A stretch of DNA of 63,555 bases, the filler included, from Craspedostauros australis (taxonomy: Eukaryota), in the NCBI GenBank assembly GCA_030167865.1. It is 12 parts of 12 records of this genome, joined end to end, with 100 filler letters (N's around TTAATTAATTAA, not from the genome) between each part and the next. Parts side by side here need not be neighbours in the genome. Positions count along the whole stretch, not along the records: positions 23,926 to 31,199 come from JALAGF010006651.1; positions 31,300 to 39,686 come from JALAGF010006652.1; 10 more parts are not named here. The stretch is one strand, 5' to 3'. Position 1 is the first letter of the stretch. The number at the start of each line of letters is the position of its first letter. Made by a program: the position numbers and the translations under genes. The notes beneath the pieces were generated by a model, which had not been told where the DNA came from, ran no database searches, and worked only from the letters and a program-made list of their open reading frames with translations. Positions 23,926-35,980 of this stretch are shown piece after piece.

Positions 23926-26331
23926 CAGCCGCAACGTCAACAAGATCTGGGGCCGGCAGAGCACCAAGACCCGCGATCAGGTCGCCGAAGACGGCCGCCT
24001 CTTCGCCAAACAAATCAGGGAGGAGCTCAAAACCAAGGTCCCAAACAAGCCGAAAGGCCCTGAGTTCATGGGTCTCTACGAGAAGACTGCCCAAAAGGTG
24101 GACCTCCAGAACGCCCCCTCCAACAAGGCCAAGAAGGCTCCAAGCCTCGCAAAGGTAGAGTGCGATCCAACTGTGGCACAGACCACCGACACAGGAATCC
24201 TGTCAGCGGCTTCCGGATGCCCCGCCGACTTCACCTGCATCCCGTTGCTGACAGCTGATGCCAACAGCGGATTGTGCGTGCAGACTCCAGCTTCCATCTC
24301 GGCAAGCAAGGACGACAATGTGCAACGCCGTGCTGCCGCCCACCACGATCGCAATCTGCAGAACGGAGTAGATGCCGCGCTCGTCAGTCTCAATGGCTAC
24401 TGTGGCTTCCCCAAATTTCCCAACATCGAGTGCACGGGATGCCCCCTCGATGTCAACGCCTTCAACTTCGCAACTGACAGCGTCAGCCTATACTGCGAAG
24501 GCGACGCCTTCATGGGTACTCTCATGGTCAATTTCTCCCCACCTGATATCGTGGACAGGCTTCTCAGCGTGGACCCGCCCTCTCAGGCGTACCAAATCTT
24601 CGACAGGCTCTGCGGCCCCTTCCCCATCATCGGAGATAACCCATTCCTGCCCAGCTCATGCGACTGTCCAGCTCCGGGTTTCGATCCCGACACCCAGTCT
24701 GCAACTGTCAACTGCGCCGCCGCGTGCCGCAACTTTGGTGCGACTTTCTACGGCGATGGAACCGCACAGGTCAACGAAGAAGCGCCATTCTGCGACTACA
24801 CCGCCATCAACACATGCAATTTCTTCGCAGAGACGTGCAACTGCGACACCGGCGTCCTTGACGATCTGTCTGGCTCAGGTAAGAGCGTCGCATCATCAAG
24901 TCCCACGCCTTGTCGCTTGTGCTTCGACTGCACTTTCTGTTGCAGTCCCATGCATCCTCGGCCTCACCCAATTTGCCACTTTCTTCATCCTTTCTTCCTG
25001 TTTCTAACGTCGACGACTGATGCTCCCTCGCTCATTGCGTTGCTGCTGCATGATCGACCGTTTCTATCCTGTGTGCAATGCGAGTAGGAAGCTTCAGTTG
25101 CATATCGTATGTCAATAATTGTCCTGACAACACCACCATCTATATCGTCGACGGTTTCTACAATCGCAGCGTCGGTTTCGTCGACTACGCGTGCATATTT
25201 AATGCGCCTCGCAACTTTGGCTACTTCTGCGACGACGAAGAAGACTGCGATTGCTCTGGCATCGACCGTGAGACATACACAGGATCCGGCAGTTGCCAGG
25301 GTTCCTGCGACTCAAGCGAGTTCACTCTGGTCAACAACACGGCCGTCGCCTACAGTATCAAGGTTGAGTACTACACAGCCTACGGGAACTTTGTCTACAA
25401 AAACACTCAGGATGGTTACACGTGCCCAACCGTCAATGGAGAATCATGCACGTGCGAACCAATTGACGATTGCCCATACTATGCCGGGACGCCCAACAAG
25501 TTCAGCTTCGTCTGCAGCAGCGGGCTCACCGGAAACACATGTGATTTCCTCTCCCTCGCAAGCAAGGTCACGTGCGGCCCCGGCGCTGCCGAAGGGTGCT
25601 ACGAAGACGATGGTTGCGACTGTTCGCTGATGACGCGCAACGCCACGGGCGGGCTCGTGCAACCGTTGGACGGCAGCATGGTGTGCACTTATCCCACCTG
25701 CGACCAGACAATCACATACAACTTCTTCGGCGATCAGACATTCCAGTCCACTCTCTGCCAGAGCAATGCTGGCATGGGCATCAATGAACTCTGTTACAGC
25801 ATACCTGTCAAGAAGGACGGTTCCTGTCCAATCTCCGCGGATGGTGTCACCTGCTTCGACTGTGTGCCAACCCGATGTGACGAAGAATCCAATTTCTACA
25901 GTTCCCCTTCGTTCTCTTTCAACTGCCCAGCCGGCGACGGAAGCATGGTGGCCGCAGGACTCTGCGACGTAATTCTCGAATGTGACGTAGGCGGAAATGA
26001 AGACACACCCGAGCCAGACTCCGTTTTCACCGATCTCCCATCCCAAGTGCCGTCTTCTTTGCCGACCCACACGGTTTCCAACGCACCCACAAGTTCTCCC
26101 ACAGCAACCCCCACCGACATGCCGACAGTCATGGCAAACTCAACGTCCCCTTCAGATATGCCGACCACCATGCCAATCGTCGCGAACAGTGCCGTGCCAA
26201 CCGAAAGCCCGGCAGACAACCAATCTCGTGGGCTGGGAACATCCAGCCCGACATCCGCCGCAACGTCCATGTCCCTCGGACTCGGTGCAGCCTCCGTCGT
26301 TGCGGGAGGTGTCATCGTCAACTTCTTCTAG
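23926..26331 (+). CDS. Cys-rich, Ser/Thr/Pro-stalked, GPI-anchor-like surface protein. Exons <23926-24878 and 25088-26331
   Basis: Intron GTAAG...TAG (24879-25087) joins the two ORFs in phase (G+GA=Gly). HDRNLQ RXL motif, many Cys, a PS/PT-rich stalk and a hydrophobic tail. Confidence 0.8.
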
Positions 26332-28084
26332 AGTAAGCTGCTGCCTACCTGCCAACTATTGTACGAGCTGCACGAAATGTAAAATGGGTCACGATAGCAC
26401 TAGTTGTGGAGTTATTTTTTAGTTTTACTCGTGATGAGTCGTGATAAAGTAGACTAAAATAGAGCACACCCAAAACCATCCAAACAACTGCTTATGATGC
26501 TATATCTCAACACCACACCATTAAAATTAAAACTAGACAGTTCATTCGGACGCTTGGCTATCGTTTATTCTGAATATCGAAGTTAATTTTGTATGAACTT
26601 TATTTTTAATGTCCTTTTGGCTTGCTGTCAGTCAGGTGGTGGGTGCGAAAAATTCTCGATGGCACCATGCTGCCCTACCTTCAGCACCCATGATCATCAT
26701 TATCATCCCTGGCATTTTTACAATCTGCGCACCACATTAGCTCCGCACACCCCCCATCTATCCACTCCATGAAGCGCTCCGAGTCCAATGTCCATTTCAC
26801 ACTCCAAAGCCTCCCTGCACTGAAACGCAGAAATTTCGAACACCGGATTCCGACACGGATGCCGTTCGTATTTGGATCCGTATCTCGTCGATACGATCCT
26901 TGCAGATCCTCCACATGCCCCTCATGCGTTCCCACATTCTCTGGCGACACACTGATGTGTTCAGAATGGGTGGGGCGCTCATACCTCCAAAGGCACATCT
27001 CCATGTGCTGATGCCACCATGGAGTTTTTGCGACACCCCAAAAACACCATTTTGTGTGCATACCGCCTTGCAGCCTCTTCCAGACAATCCTACTCGGAAT
27101 CTCCTCCATATCCTTGTTCCTGATTTGATTTTGAACACATCTACAATGGGTGGCTTGGCGATCTGGGTGACTTGTCAATGGCACCCATCACCAGCGAAGT
27201 CACGTGATGTGTCTGCCGCCACCCACCAAAAAACTCTTGCCCTCCACTTGTTTCTTGCGGAGGGCACCTTCCAGGCCACCCCTGACCCTCAAACTTCGTG
27301 TGAATCTTCATAGCATCCTCTTGGATGAATCTTGCCCATCCATGGTTGTTGGAATGGCTTGTGCATTCCAGGCAGAGACCATATCCAATGAGCATATTTT
27401 CCTCCGAATCGTGTCGTGTGCGCGTGGGCCTGCCACGGTCCCAAATAAACCACGATGGCATCCCCCTCTCGCTCGTCTACCAAGATTTACATGGCGGTTC
27501 CGCCTATGCCCTCAGATCTTGCACCGGACCGATGGTTATCGCGGCGCCGATGATGCCGTTCGGCGGCGCTTGAGGAGTTTTGTTGTGTTTCTCCATTGTC
27601 GTGTTGTTGTGTTGTGTTTGGTGTTCTCAAACAGTTTTTGCTGTTGGGGGACGTGGAGATTAACCACAATTCTACCGAATGTGCCCATCAATGGGAACAC
27701 TTTGCGAGTCCCGAATTGCGCCTCCATTCCACAACAACAAAACTGACCTCACAAAATGGACAACGGAAACATTGCGCATCTGGGACGACCGGCTGTTGAT
27801 TCTCTGCTGCTTGTAGCCATTGCTTTTGCAACAATGTACAATGACTGTGACCCTCCACATTGGAGAGAGTGGACGATACAATGCACCTTGTGATCATCCA
27901 ATGTTGCCCATGCCCCTTGTGACGCGCTGCGCCGTCCTGTGCTTCGATGGCTGATGATGCGATGCGCTGTGTCGCTGTCCTCGTGATTCTGATGTGAGTC
28001 GCGACGCCCCTTTGAAGTACACTGCAGCCTCCATTAACAAAGTTCACATCATCCTGCAATCACTGTGATCTTCAGCTCGCAAGC

Positions 28085-28645
28085 ATGATGCTCGCTGGTG
28101 ACTGTGTGAACATGACATCCCACACGGACTCACGTGGCAGGGTTCATGACCTCGGTGTGTGCTATGTCCAGTCGCTGATGAAGCTGACTGTTGAAGGTGC
28201 TACGATCAAACGTGATGGGCCTCTTGCACCAGGAGAGGTGGAGATGGTCATGGTGACCCCAGTGATGTCCAGAGGGCACATGTACATCGTTCGTGAGGAT
28301 CTGTGCACACCACACAGCCTCGTTACCTTCGCGCGGACTCGCACTGATGGTGGCCTTGCTCAGCCTTCCCTCCTTTCTCCCCAGCATCACTCTGTCGCTG
28401 TTGCGCGTGTCAACAACAAGACTAAGCCCACCACACCATCCCCAACTACCACGGAATCGCAAGAAGCCAAAATCGCAGATTTTCTCAAGGTCTCGCGGCA
28501 TCAGAAGGCAACAGCAATCACCTGTCTCACGAAGCAGATGAAGAGAGGCGCAACAACAAAAGGATGGTTGCGAAAGGATGGAGGGCATAGCAACACTAAG
28601 CCCACCAATAGGAAGAAACAACTTGGCAGAGATGAACAGAGTTGA
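28085..28645 (+). CDS. Hypothetical ORF of unknown function; may be a fragment or spurious
   Basis: 186-aa open frame with protein-like composition but no recognised motif. Its stop lies within the 27-bp shared motif at 28639. Confidence 0.25.
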   Translation: MMLAGDCVNMTSHTDSRGRVHDLGVCYVQSLMKLTVEGATIKRDGPLAPGEVEMVMVTPVMSRGHMYIVREDLCTPHSLVTFARTRTDGGLAQPSLLSPQHHSVAVARVNNKTKPTTPSPTTTESQEAKIADFLKVSRHQKATAITCLTKQMKRGATTKGWLRKDGGHSNTKPTNRKKQLGRDEQS

Positions 28646-29646
28646 GATTCAATGAGGGACAGACTATTACCGGATACGGTATCAACCAGATGGGAGAAAT
28701 TCTTGCTTTTGGCGCGAAATCTTCCGACTTGATCGACCACCAAATCTTTTTCTCCTCCTTCCTCTCCTCCATTCACGAATCCATCATGACTCAAACATGA
28801 CCGACCTGACTCACAATTCACCTTGGGAACTATATGCTCCTCAGATCCTTTTACTACAACATACCTCGATTCCCTCCATGCTGACGACTACTGCACCACT
28901 GCCGTAGTCTTAACGCATGTATCCAACCTGCTTCAACTCAAGCAATGGAATCCGAGAGCCAGCTCCAACCACAGCCACTGCTTCATGGTCGTCACTGCCA
29001 TGAGCCATGATCTACACTGCAGTGTATCTACGTGTGTGGAGAGCAAGGCGCTGTAATGACTGTATACCCTGTAGCACTGAACCAAGTNNNNNNNNNNNNN
29101 NNNNNNNNNNNNNNNNNNNNNNNNNNNNNNNNNNNNNACCTTGGGAACTATATGCTCCTCAGATCCTTTTACTACAACATACCTCGATTCCCTCCATGCT
29201 GACGACTACTGCACCACTGCCGTAGTCTTAACGCATGTATCCAACCTGCTTCAACTCAAGCAATGGAATCCGAGAGCCAGCTCCAACCACAGCCACTGCN
29301 NNNNNNNNNNNNNNNNNNNNNNNNNNNNNNNNNNNNNNNNNNNNNNNNNNNNNNNNNNNNNNNAGGCGCTGTAATGACTGTATACCCTGTAGCACTGAAC
29401 CAAGTACATCAGTGCAGGGTCTCGCCAAGTTGTGTGACATCGTTTCTTCACCCTATGAACACTACAAGCTAACTCATAATAAACACAGACAAGGATTAGC
29501 TACAAAGCACTCTACTTCTCATCGTTACAAGTTATAACTCTTCAATTAGTACACCTCTCTTGAACTGCATCACACGGCTATCCCGAAGCTGGCAGACTCA
29601 AGAGACATTCTCCACCGATTCGCGCCAACTACGCCCGAATCCTAAC

Positions 29647-29664
29647 TGGTAGCTGCGAGTGGTT
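29647..29664 (+). promoter_or_regulatory. Primer-binding site complementary to an initiator-Met-type tRNA 3' end
   Basis: TGGTAGCTGCGAGTGGTT is the complement of AA-CCACU-CGCAGCU-A-CCA (T-stem strand, acceptor strand ending U72, A73, CCA). It lies about 410 nt upstream of a gag-like ORF. Candidate 5' LTR about 29433-29646. Confidence 0.7.
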
Positions 29665-30075
29665 GCCAAATACTCTCAAATCAACTCCACCGAGCATCTT
29701 CCTCTGCCAACCAATCGCAAGAGTCTCTCTGAGACCAAGCCAAAAGGCACAGCTCGCAGACCGAGCTTCCAACAAAGGACGAAGTCCTCATCGCATGCAT
29801 CTGATTTGAAATCAGACTACCAACGCTCGAAAACCGAGCCACTCAAGAGGACAAAAGTCCCAGCTGAAGGTAAGCGACCCAAGGTCGAGCTTCAGTAGCC
29901 TCTGCTAAAGCAAGCTATAACCGCACTCGCTGACCGAGTACGAGCCTCTCAAAGCCTGCATCGAACTTCAGTGCACACCTTCTCAACGAAGTGAAGTCGA
30001 GCAAGAGCAAGAGAAGGCAAACAGATCGATTCCCTCGACGTCCGAAGACTACTCGAGAAGTCCCCGCTAACCATC

Positions 30076-31044
30076 ATGGCGGAAGAGACAACCCCTGCCA
30101 CGCTGGAAGAGCTGCAAGCGCAGCTCGAAGCGATCACGATCGAGAACGCCCGCCTCACACAGGCGACGTTGGCGGCCGAAGCCGCTGCAGAAGCAGCGAA
30201 CGCGGCTGTAGTCACTGCCCAAGCAGCAGCAACAACCACCGCGACACCAAGCCGTTCCGGTCTCGGGCGCAGCCGATCAGTCGGCGCCACACGAGCCCGG
30301 ACGGACCAGTCCTTCCTTGATGACAGCCTCTTCGACATGGAAACACCCATGCCCAAGAAGAGCAGAAAGTCAGGTGAGGACAGTGACGACGACGACGACG
30401 ACGACCTCTCTGGGAAACCAACCGTCCCCATCATGGGAGGTATCCTCAAGCAAGGACGCAACTGGGTACCCTGGACCGCAGGCGCACCAAATGCGTCGTG
30501 GACCGGTCTCCAAGACGAGTCACAGACCAGGTGGACCAACTCTCAACAACAGAGAATTCTCCACAACGGTGCTGACTCCACCAACCAGTCCAAGCGAGAG
30601 CAAGGACTCACCGACAAGTTCAAGAAGGGAGGCAACATCCAGCAGTTCATACGCCTGGTGCGTAATCACATGGCCAAAACTGGACTCCTCACCATGGCGT
30701 ACATCGCTGACAGCAACGCAGAGTCAGAGATGACCTGTGTTCTTGACTCTCCAGCCGCTTTCACTCTTGAAGACGCCACCATGCACTTCAACGAGTACCA
30801 TCTGAAGTGGGATCACTACGACGTCCAGAACAACTGGACGGCCGCAGCATTCTTCCGCGACAGCCTTGACCCAAGTCTAGAAGATCAGCTCATGAACCGA
30901 ATCGAGCCAAAGTTCCACGATAACTTCATCACCCTCTTCGTTGAGTTCATGAACAGCAACTCCGCCAACTCCTTGGACGAGCAAGATGCCCTCGCAGCCA
31001 AAATCCGCGAAGTCAACTGCAGACGTTTTATTAGCTCAAACTAG
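30076..31044 (+). mobile_element. LTR-retrotransposon gag-like ORF (CoDi/copia-like), cut near 31017 by unrelated AT-rich sequence
   Basis: Follows a PBS and a long leader. Helical block FIRLVRNHMAKTGL...FFRDSLDPSLEDQL. Composition switches abruptly at TGCAGACG (~31018). Confidence 0.6.
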
Positions 31045-32749
31045 TATTCCTATTAGTCGTGTTAAGATTTAGTCGAGTTAGTCAAATGACCGACTGCTCA
31101 GAGTTTGAGCGGGAATGAAGCGTGACTCAATGTCGGTGGGATGGGGTCCCACCCTCGAATCGTGCTCTACTTAAGACGATGTCGCGTGTCCGCTGAATTN
31201 NNNNNNNNNNNNNNNNNNNNNNNNNNNNNNNNNNNNNNNNNNNTTAATTAATTAANNNNNNNNNNNNNNNNNNNNNNNNNNNNNNNNNNNNNNNNNNNNT
31301 GGGGGTTGCGATCGACGTGAAGAATCCTTTCGACCGACTTGAGTGCTTTGCCGACTACACAATGCATGGTGTGGGATATAGGGTGATGGTTGCATAAGGT
31401 ATACGTAAGATATTCGGAAGGTATAGAGTGGAATGTTCGGAAGGATTGTGTCGGCGACAGGTGGCAGGTAGCAGGTCAGTAGAGTACATGATGTGAAGGG
31501 GTGCACAGTGCCGACAAGTTGGAGAATGACACATTGAGAAACGCACAGTTTCGGCACCATTGTGGGTGCGATTGTTTGCAGCATCATCGTGAAGGAATCT
31601 GAAAGGCATGATTGGAGGCAATAACACCTTCACGGCGGCTTCCATCAATCACAACAGAGCCATGCAAATCGACAAATCACCAAGCGAAGAAGTGCAACCA
31701 ACTGCCCCATTGCAATTCGCAACCGCTGCTTTGGTGCTGGCATTCATGCCAAGGCTTCGATGGTACAAGTATTGACATCAGTGCACCTTCACTCACCATC
31801 GCGACGGAATTGATGGTCGTAATACTCGTTGTACTTCATGGTGCTCGAGCTTGAAGGTGTTTCTGGTTGTGGTGGAGTCGTGGTGGTGTTGTGTTTGAGT
31901 TGTTCGGTCTTTCGATTTGTGTGGATGCTCCTCTCGTTCTCTGTTTGTGGTGTCAGTATGGGTGAGTGCAGGTTTCGTCGTCCCTGTCGTTGCTTCTCTC
32001 TCTCTCTCTCTCTCTCTGCGTGCGGTGCGTTGCGTTTGGTTGCCTTTTGACCATCTCCTCCGTCTCCTTTCCTCTTCTTCTGTCGTGCTTTTTTAGGATT
32101 CGTTTTGTTCCTCACGGAAGATGATTTGGATCTCGAAGATCCACGAATCATCCCACGGAGTCGTGGCTCGTTGTCACGATGGCGGGTTTGGGAATGCTTG
32201 TTGGTGGTGTCGCTTCCTTCGGGTGGACATCGTGGAAGTTGTGAACATCGTCATGGCCTCATGCATTATCGTTTGTGCACGACATGGCTTGCACGAGTAC
32301 GCGTGTCAACCATGTTGAGTGCGAGGATAGTAGTCGTAACTATCATTCGGGCTGTACTTATTCGTATGATACGAGAGCATACGACTGCGGGCAGAGCAAA
32401 TCGCTGCCAAAGTCAGACGTGGTTCACGAATGAATGATCCAACACATGAATGGCTGCTCCCTCCACCCAGCACTCTGACACCATTGGCTTCTCTGGATTG
32501 CAACATTGCGTCCTACACAACCGACAACTCGTCATCGATTTGTGTAAATCACGCCTTGCCATTCTCTCTCTCTCTCTCTCCCACTTCACCCCATTCGTCA
32601 CCCAACGTTCGATGACAAGAGAGACCCGTAGAGTACGCCCATCCATGCAGCCATCCATACCGCACGCACATCAGTACCTCCGATCCATACCCCCCATCAG
32701 ACGATGCGTCTGCCGCAGCAGAATCTGAAATGCCCGATACGTTTCCACC

Positions 32750-33789
32750 ATGTCCCCGGTGATTGCGGACAGAGGAATTGTCTGCGTGGATGAATTCGAC
32801 AAGATGGGAGAGAATGACAGAGTTGCCATCCACGAGACCATGGAGCAGCAGCCGGTGACCATCGCGAAGGCGGGCATGCACGCCAGCCTGAATGCCCGAT
32901 GCTCCGTGCTTGCGGCTGCCAATCCTGTGTTCGGGCAGTACGACAAGAACAAGCGAATGCAGGAGAACATCGGCCTGCCGGACTCGCTGTTGAGTCGATT
33001 CGACCTTCTCTTCATCGTCCTGGATCTCGTGGATCCAGAGACAGACAGGATGATTGCCAACCACGTAATTCGCAGCCATCAATACCGACCCGGTCGCGGC
33101 GACGACAAGAATGACAGCGATGATGACATGGACGACTCCGACGATGAATTCGAGGATGGCGCTCAACGCAACCAGTCGATTTGGCAAAAGAGTCGGCTGG
33201 CCGGTGATGGCAGTCACAGATCATCCACAGCACATGACACCCTGCAGCACGATTTCCTGCGGAAGTACCTGCGCTTCGCGAAGCGCTTGGAGCCGGAGCT
33301 CTCCGAAGAGGCCACGGAGTTCATTGCCAAAGAATACGCGGAGATGCGATGTCGGCAGGATGAACGCACGTTGCCAGTCACCGCGCGTACATTGGAGACG
33401 GTGATCCGATTGGCAACGGCGCACGCCAAGCTCCGTCTGAGTCATATCGTGGAACCGACTGCGGATTGCGAGATCGCGATGGAGATCCTCAGCTTCGCCC
33501 TGTACAATGCTAACCAAGTCCGTTGTCGCAGAGGGAGAAGCCCTCCGCGGAGGTTTCCGACGACGGAGAACCTTCCGATGCCGAAGCCGAAGAATCGGCA
33601 CCGAACAGCGCAACAGATGCGGGACTCATCGCGAGAATCAGCCAGGAGCTGGGCGACAATGATGGTCAGATGGAGCTATCTGAACTCTGCAGCGACATCC
33701 AAGACCGAGACCAGATAGAGCAGATAGTCGAGCGAATGGAGCAAGATGATAAAGTGATGGTGAGCGAAGGGACTGTCATGAAGATCTGA
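32750..33789 (+). pseudogene. MCM3: 5'-truncated, frameshifted MCM3 (C-terminal half of the AAA+ domain plus winged helix)
   Basis: ADRGIVCVDEFDKM (Walker B), IAKAGMHASLNARCSVLAAANP, LLSRFDL (Arg finger) and PVTARTLET. The MCM3-type ending MEQDDKVMVSEGTVMKI is in another frame (33523-33789). No Walker A upstream. Confidence 0.8.
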
Positions 33790-34199
33790 TGAGTGTGGGG
33801 GCCACCAATCAGCAGTGTACTAGTACCGTTACTGTATTCTATTCTACCATACTATGAGAGTTAAAGTGTCCGTCCATCATGACACTGTCATACTTCGAGT
33901 ATGCTTGTCAAGGATACTCTCGTGAGCCCAAGCGCGTGATTGTCCCTTGCCCGCGTACAACACCGAAGGACTGTTTTTTCGTGTCTTTCGATCTATCGTA
34001 ATGTGCGAGGATCTATGTTATGCAAGTGCGGTATCTATCTATGGTTGGACTGATGGATGAGAGAGTGCGTGAGTGATCGTCGTGATTTGTGTTGTTCCGC
34101 CATCGCCACCAAACTCTTGAAGATGATGCGTATTCTATCCAACTCGGCAGTCGCAGCCGCTTGGACAGCAGGTATGGCCCCATTCGCTCGCAGAAGAGC

Positions 34200-35303
34200 T
34201 CACACCTGCTCCTGCTCCTGCTCCTCATCCATGGAATCGTTGCGATCGTCCTTCGATGGATCGGTCTGGTCCAAACCGTAGTAGTCCGCCGGGACGCTCT
34301 CCGGAGTGCTGCGCATCTTGAAGTCCAAGTACGCAGGCAAGAAGTTCAATCCCAACGTCAGCATCGTCGCGGATGGGGCGCGTGGGGNAGCCATGCCCGC
34401 AGGTGCGTACGCCACCTGGACCATGATCTGGAGCGTGATGACCATCAGCCATTGGACGAACAGCGTTGCCTGGAACGTGTGGTTGTCCTTGCCGTTCCAC
34501 AATCCGAATCCACGGGCAAAACCGAAGATGGCATTGAGCACCTGCACCAACCCGACGGCGATGGCAATCTCTGGGAAGTTGATGAAGTACATGGCGACGG
34601 CGACTGGGCCATTCTCAAGAGGTCCGCTTCCGAAGCGATCCAGCAGGAACGATCCCAGCAGCAGCTGGCTCAACCCTGCCAGCNNNNNNNNNNNNNNNNN
34701 NNNNNNNNNNNNNNNNNNNNNNNNNNNNNNNNNGTAGTAGCTGCCTGGTCGGGCCTGCGGCTGACCGGATTGGAAGCTGTACAACGCAAACGCGATGAAT
34801 GCCAGACTGCCAAGGAGTGCCGTACCGTAACCCAAGACACCCATCATGCCCATCGCACCGACGAAGCGAACATCCCCTTCGTTATGGTCGTAGTTTGGAG
34901 GGAAGAAGGCATCGCCGCTGCGAGCATCGCGTCCCACGGCCGTCAGATCAGTGATGAAGGGCACNTAGGCCAGCTGGATGAAGAGGATGCAGAATCCTGT
35001 GAGGTACTTGTGGCCAAAGTCGTGGACCGTTTGGAGATATCCGAGGGTGACCCCCATGACTCCCATGAGGATGGTGAAGACGGAGCCAACCAAGGAGGAG
35101 AGGGGGATGCCTTCGGAGGCCGTGGTGCCATCGGGACCGACGAGGGTGGCGAGGTTGGCCATGGGAAAGACGAGCGCGGTCATTCCGTGGAGCATGAGGA
35201 GTCCGCCGAGCTGACGCTTGTCGCTCTTGAATCGTTCTTGGCCGATTATGTTGTTGTTGGTGCTGTTGCTGTTGTTGTTGGTGGTGGTATTGCTTTTGTT
35301 CAT
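34200..35303 (-). CDS. Multipass membrane protein of unknown function (internal N gap)
   Basis: About 8-9 hydrophobic segments after DKRQLGGLL, an Asn/Thr-rich N-terminus and an acidic tail. Confidence 0.75.
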   Translation of the reverse strand: MNKSNTTTNNNSNSTNNNIIGQERFKSDKRQLGGLLMLHGMTALVFPMANLATLVGPDGTTASEGIPLSSLVGSVFTILMGVMGVTLGYLQTVHDFGHKYLTGFCILFIQLAXVPFITDLTAVGRDARSGDAFFPPNYDHNEGDVRFVGAMGMMGVLGYGTALLGSLAFIAFALYSFQSGQPQARPGSYYXXXXXXXXXXXXXXXXXLAGLSQLLLGSFLLDRFGSGPLENGPVAVAMYFINFPEIAIAVGLVQVLNAIFGFARGFGLWNGKDNHTFQATLFVQWLMVITLQIMVQVAYAPAGMAXPRAPSATMLTLGLNFLPAYLDFKMRSTPESVPADYYGLDQTDPSKDDRNDSMDEEQEQEQV

Positions 35304-35750
35304 GTTGCTGGTGGTGGTGTTATCGACGATGATGTTCGTTGCTTTGCTTTGCTTTGCTAGTTGCTGAGTTGCTTGCTTCTGAGTTGCTTGCTTTTTGGTT
35401 GTTGCTGTTGCTGATTTGTGAGATGAAGAATGGCAGATACGAAGACACTTGAGAATCTCACACGATGGAGATGCCACAAGATGAATGAGGATTCATTGTC
35501 AATGCAGAGAGTGGCACCCTCTTGCAAGTAGAGAGTGGGTGCTGCAATCTCTCGCACTCGTAGTTGTACGAGTATGTTACGGTAGTCGACCAAGGATCAG
35601 CAAGGAACAACGCACCATGCACCATTCACAATCCAAGACACAAGATGCTCCTGATGCATGTGAAGCATGATGCACATGTGCATGATGTATCTGTATATGT
35701 ATGATAGATCGCATTATATGTTCATGGGAGCACCTTGGCACGATCGTTTT

Positions 35751-35980
35751 TGATACTGCGCAGGCATTCGACAAGAGGGATCGGCTTTGTTCGGCATCTT
35801 CAGGAATGTTGTCAAACAAGTACAAGTAACTACGGAAGACGTATTGGCCCGTTGTTGCGTGCCCTTGTCGGAGCTCTTGTTGATTATTTGTGAGTGTTTT
35901 CCGAAGACAACCTCCGACCAGTATTTGACTAATACGATTAGTAAAGAAGTAAGAAGTAAGGAATTCGGTGAGAATTGTCA
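35751..35980 (-). mobile_element. Candidate 3' LTR of the CoDi-like copia element
   Basis: Purine-rich GAGATCAAGGGGCG is followed directly by TGACAA..., with a candidate end ...GTATCA at 35751. No second copy is available to confirm. Confidence 0.45.

Noticed and set aside
26681..28059. Overlapping 100-180 aa ORFs on both strands
   Set aside because: No motif I can support; possibly a decayed gene or TE, left uncalled.
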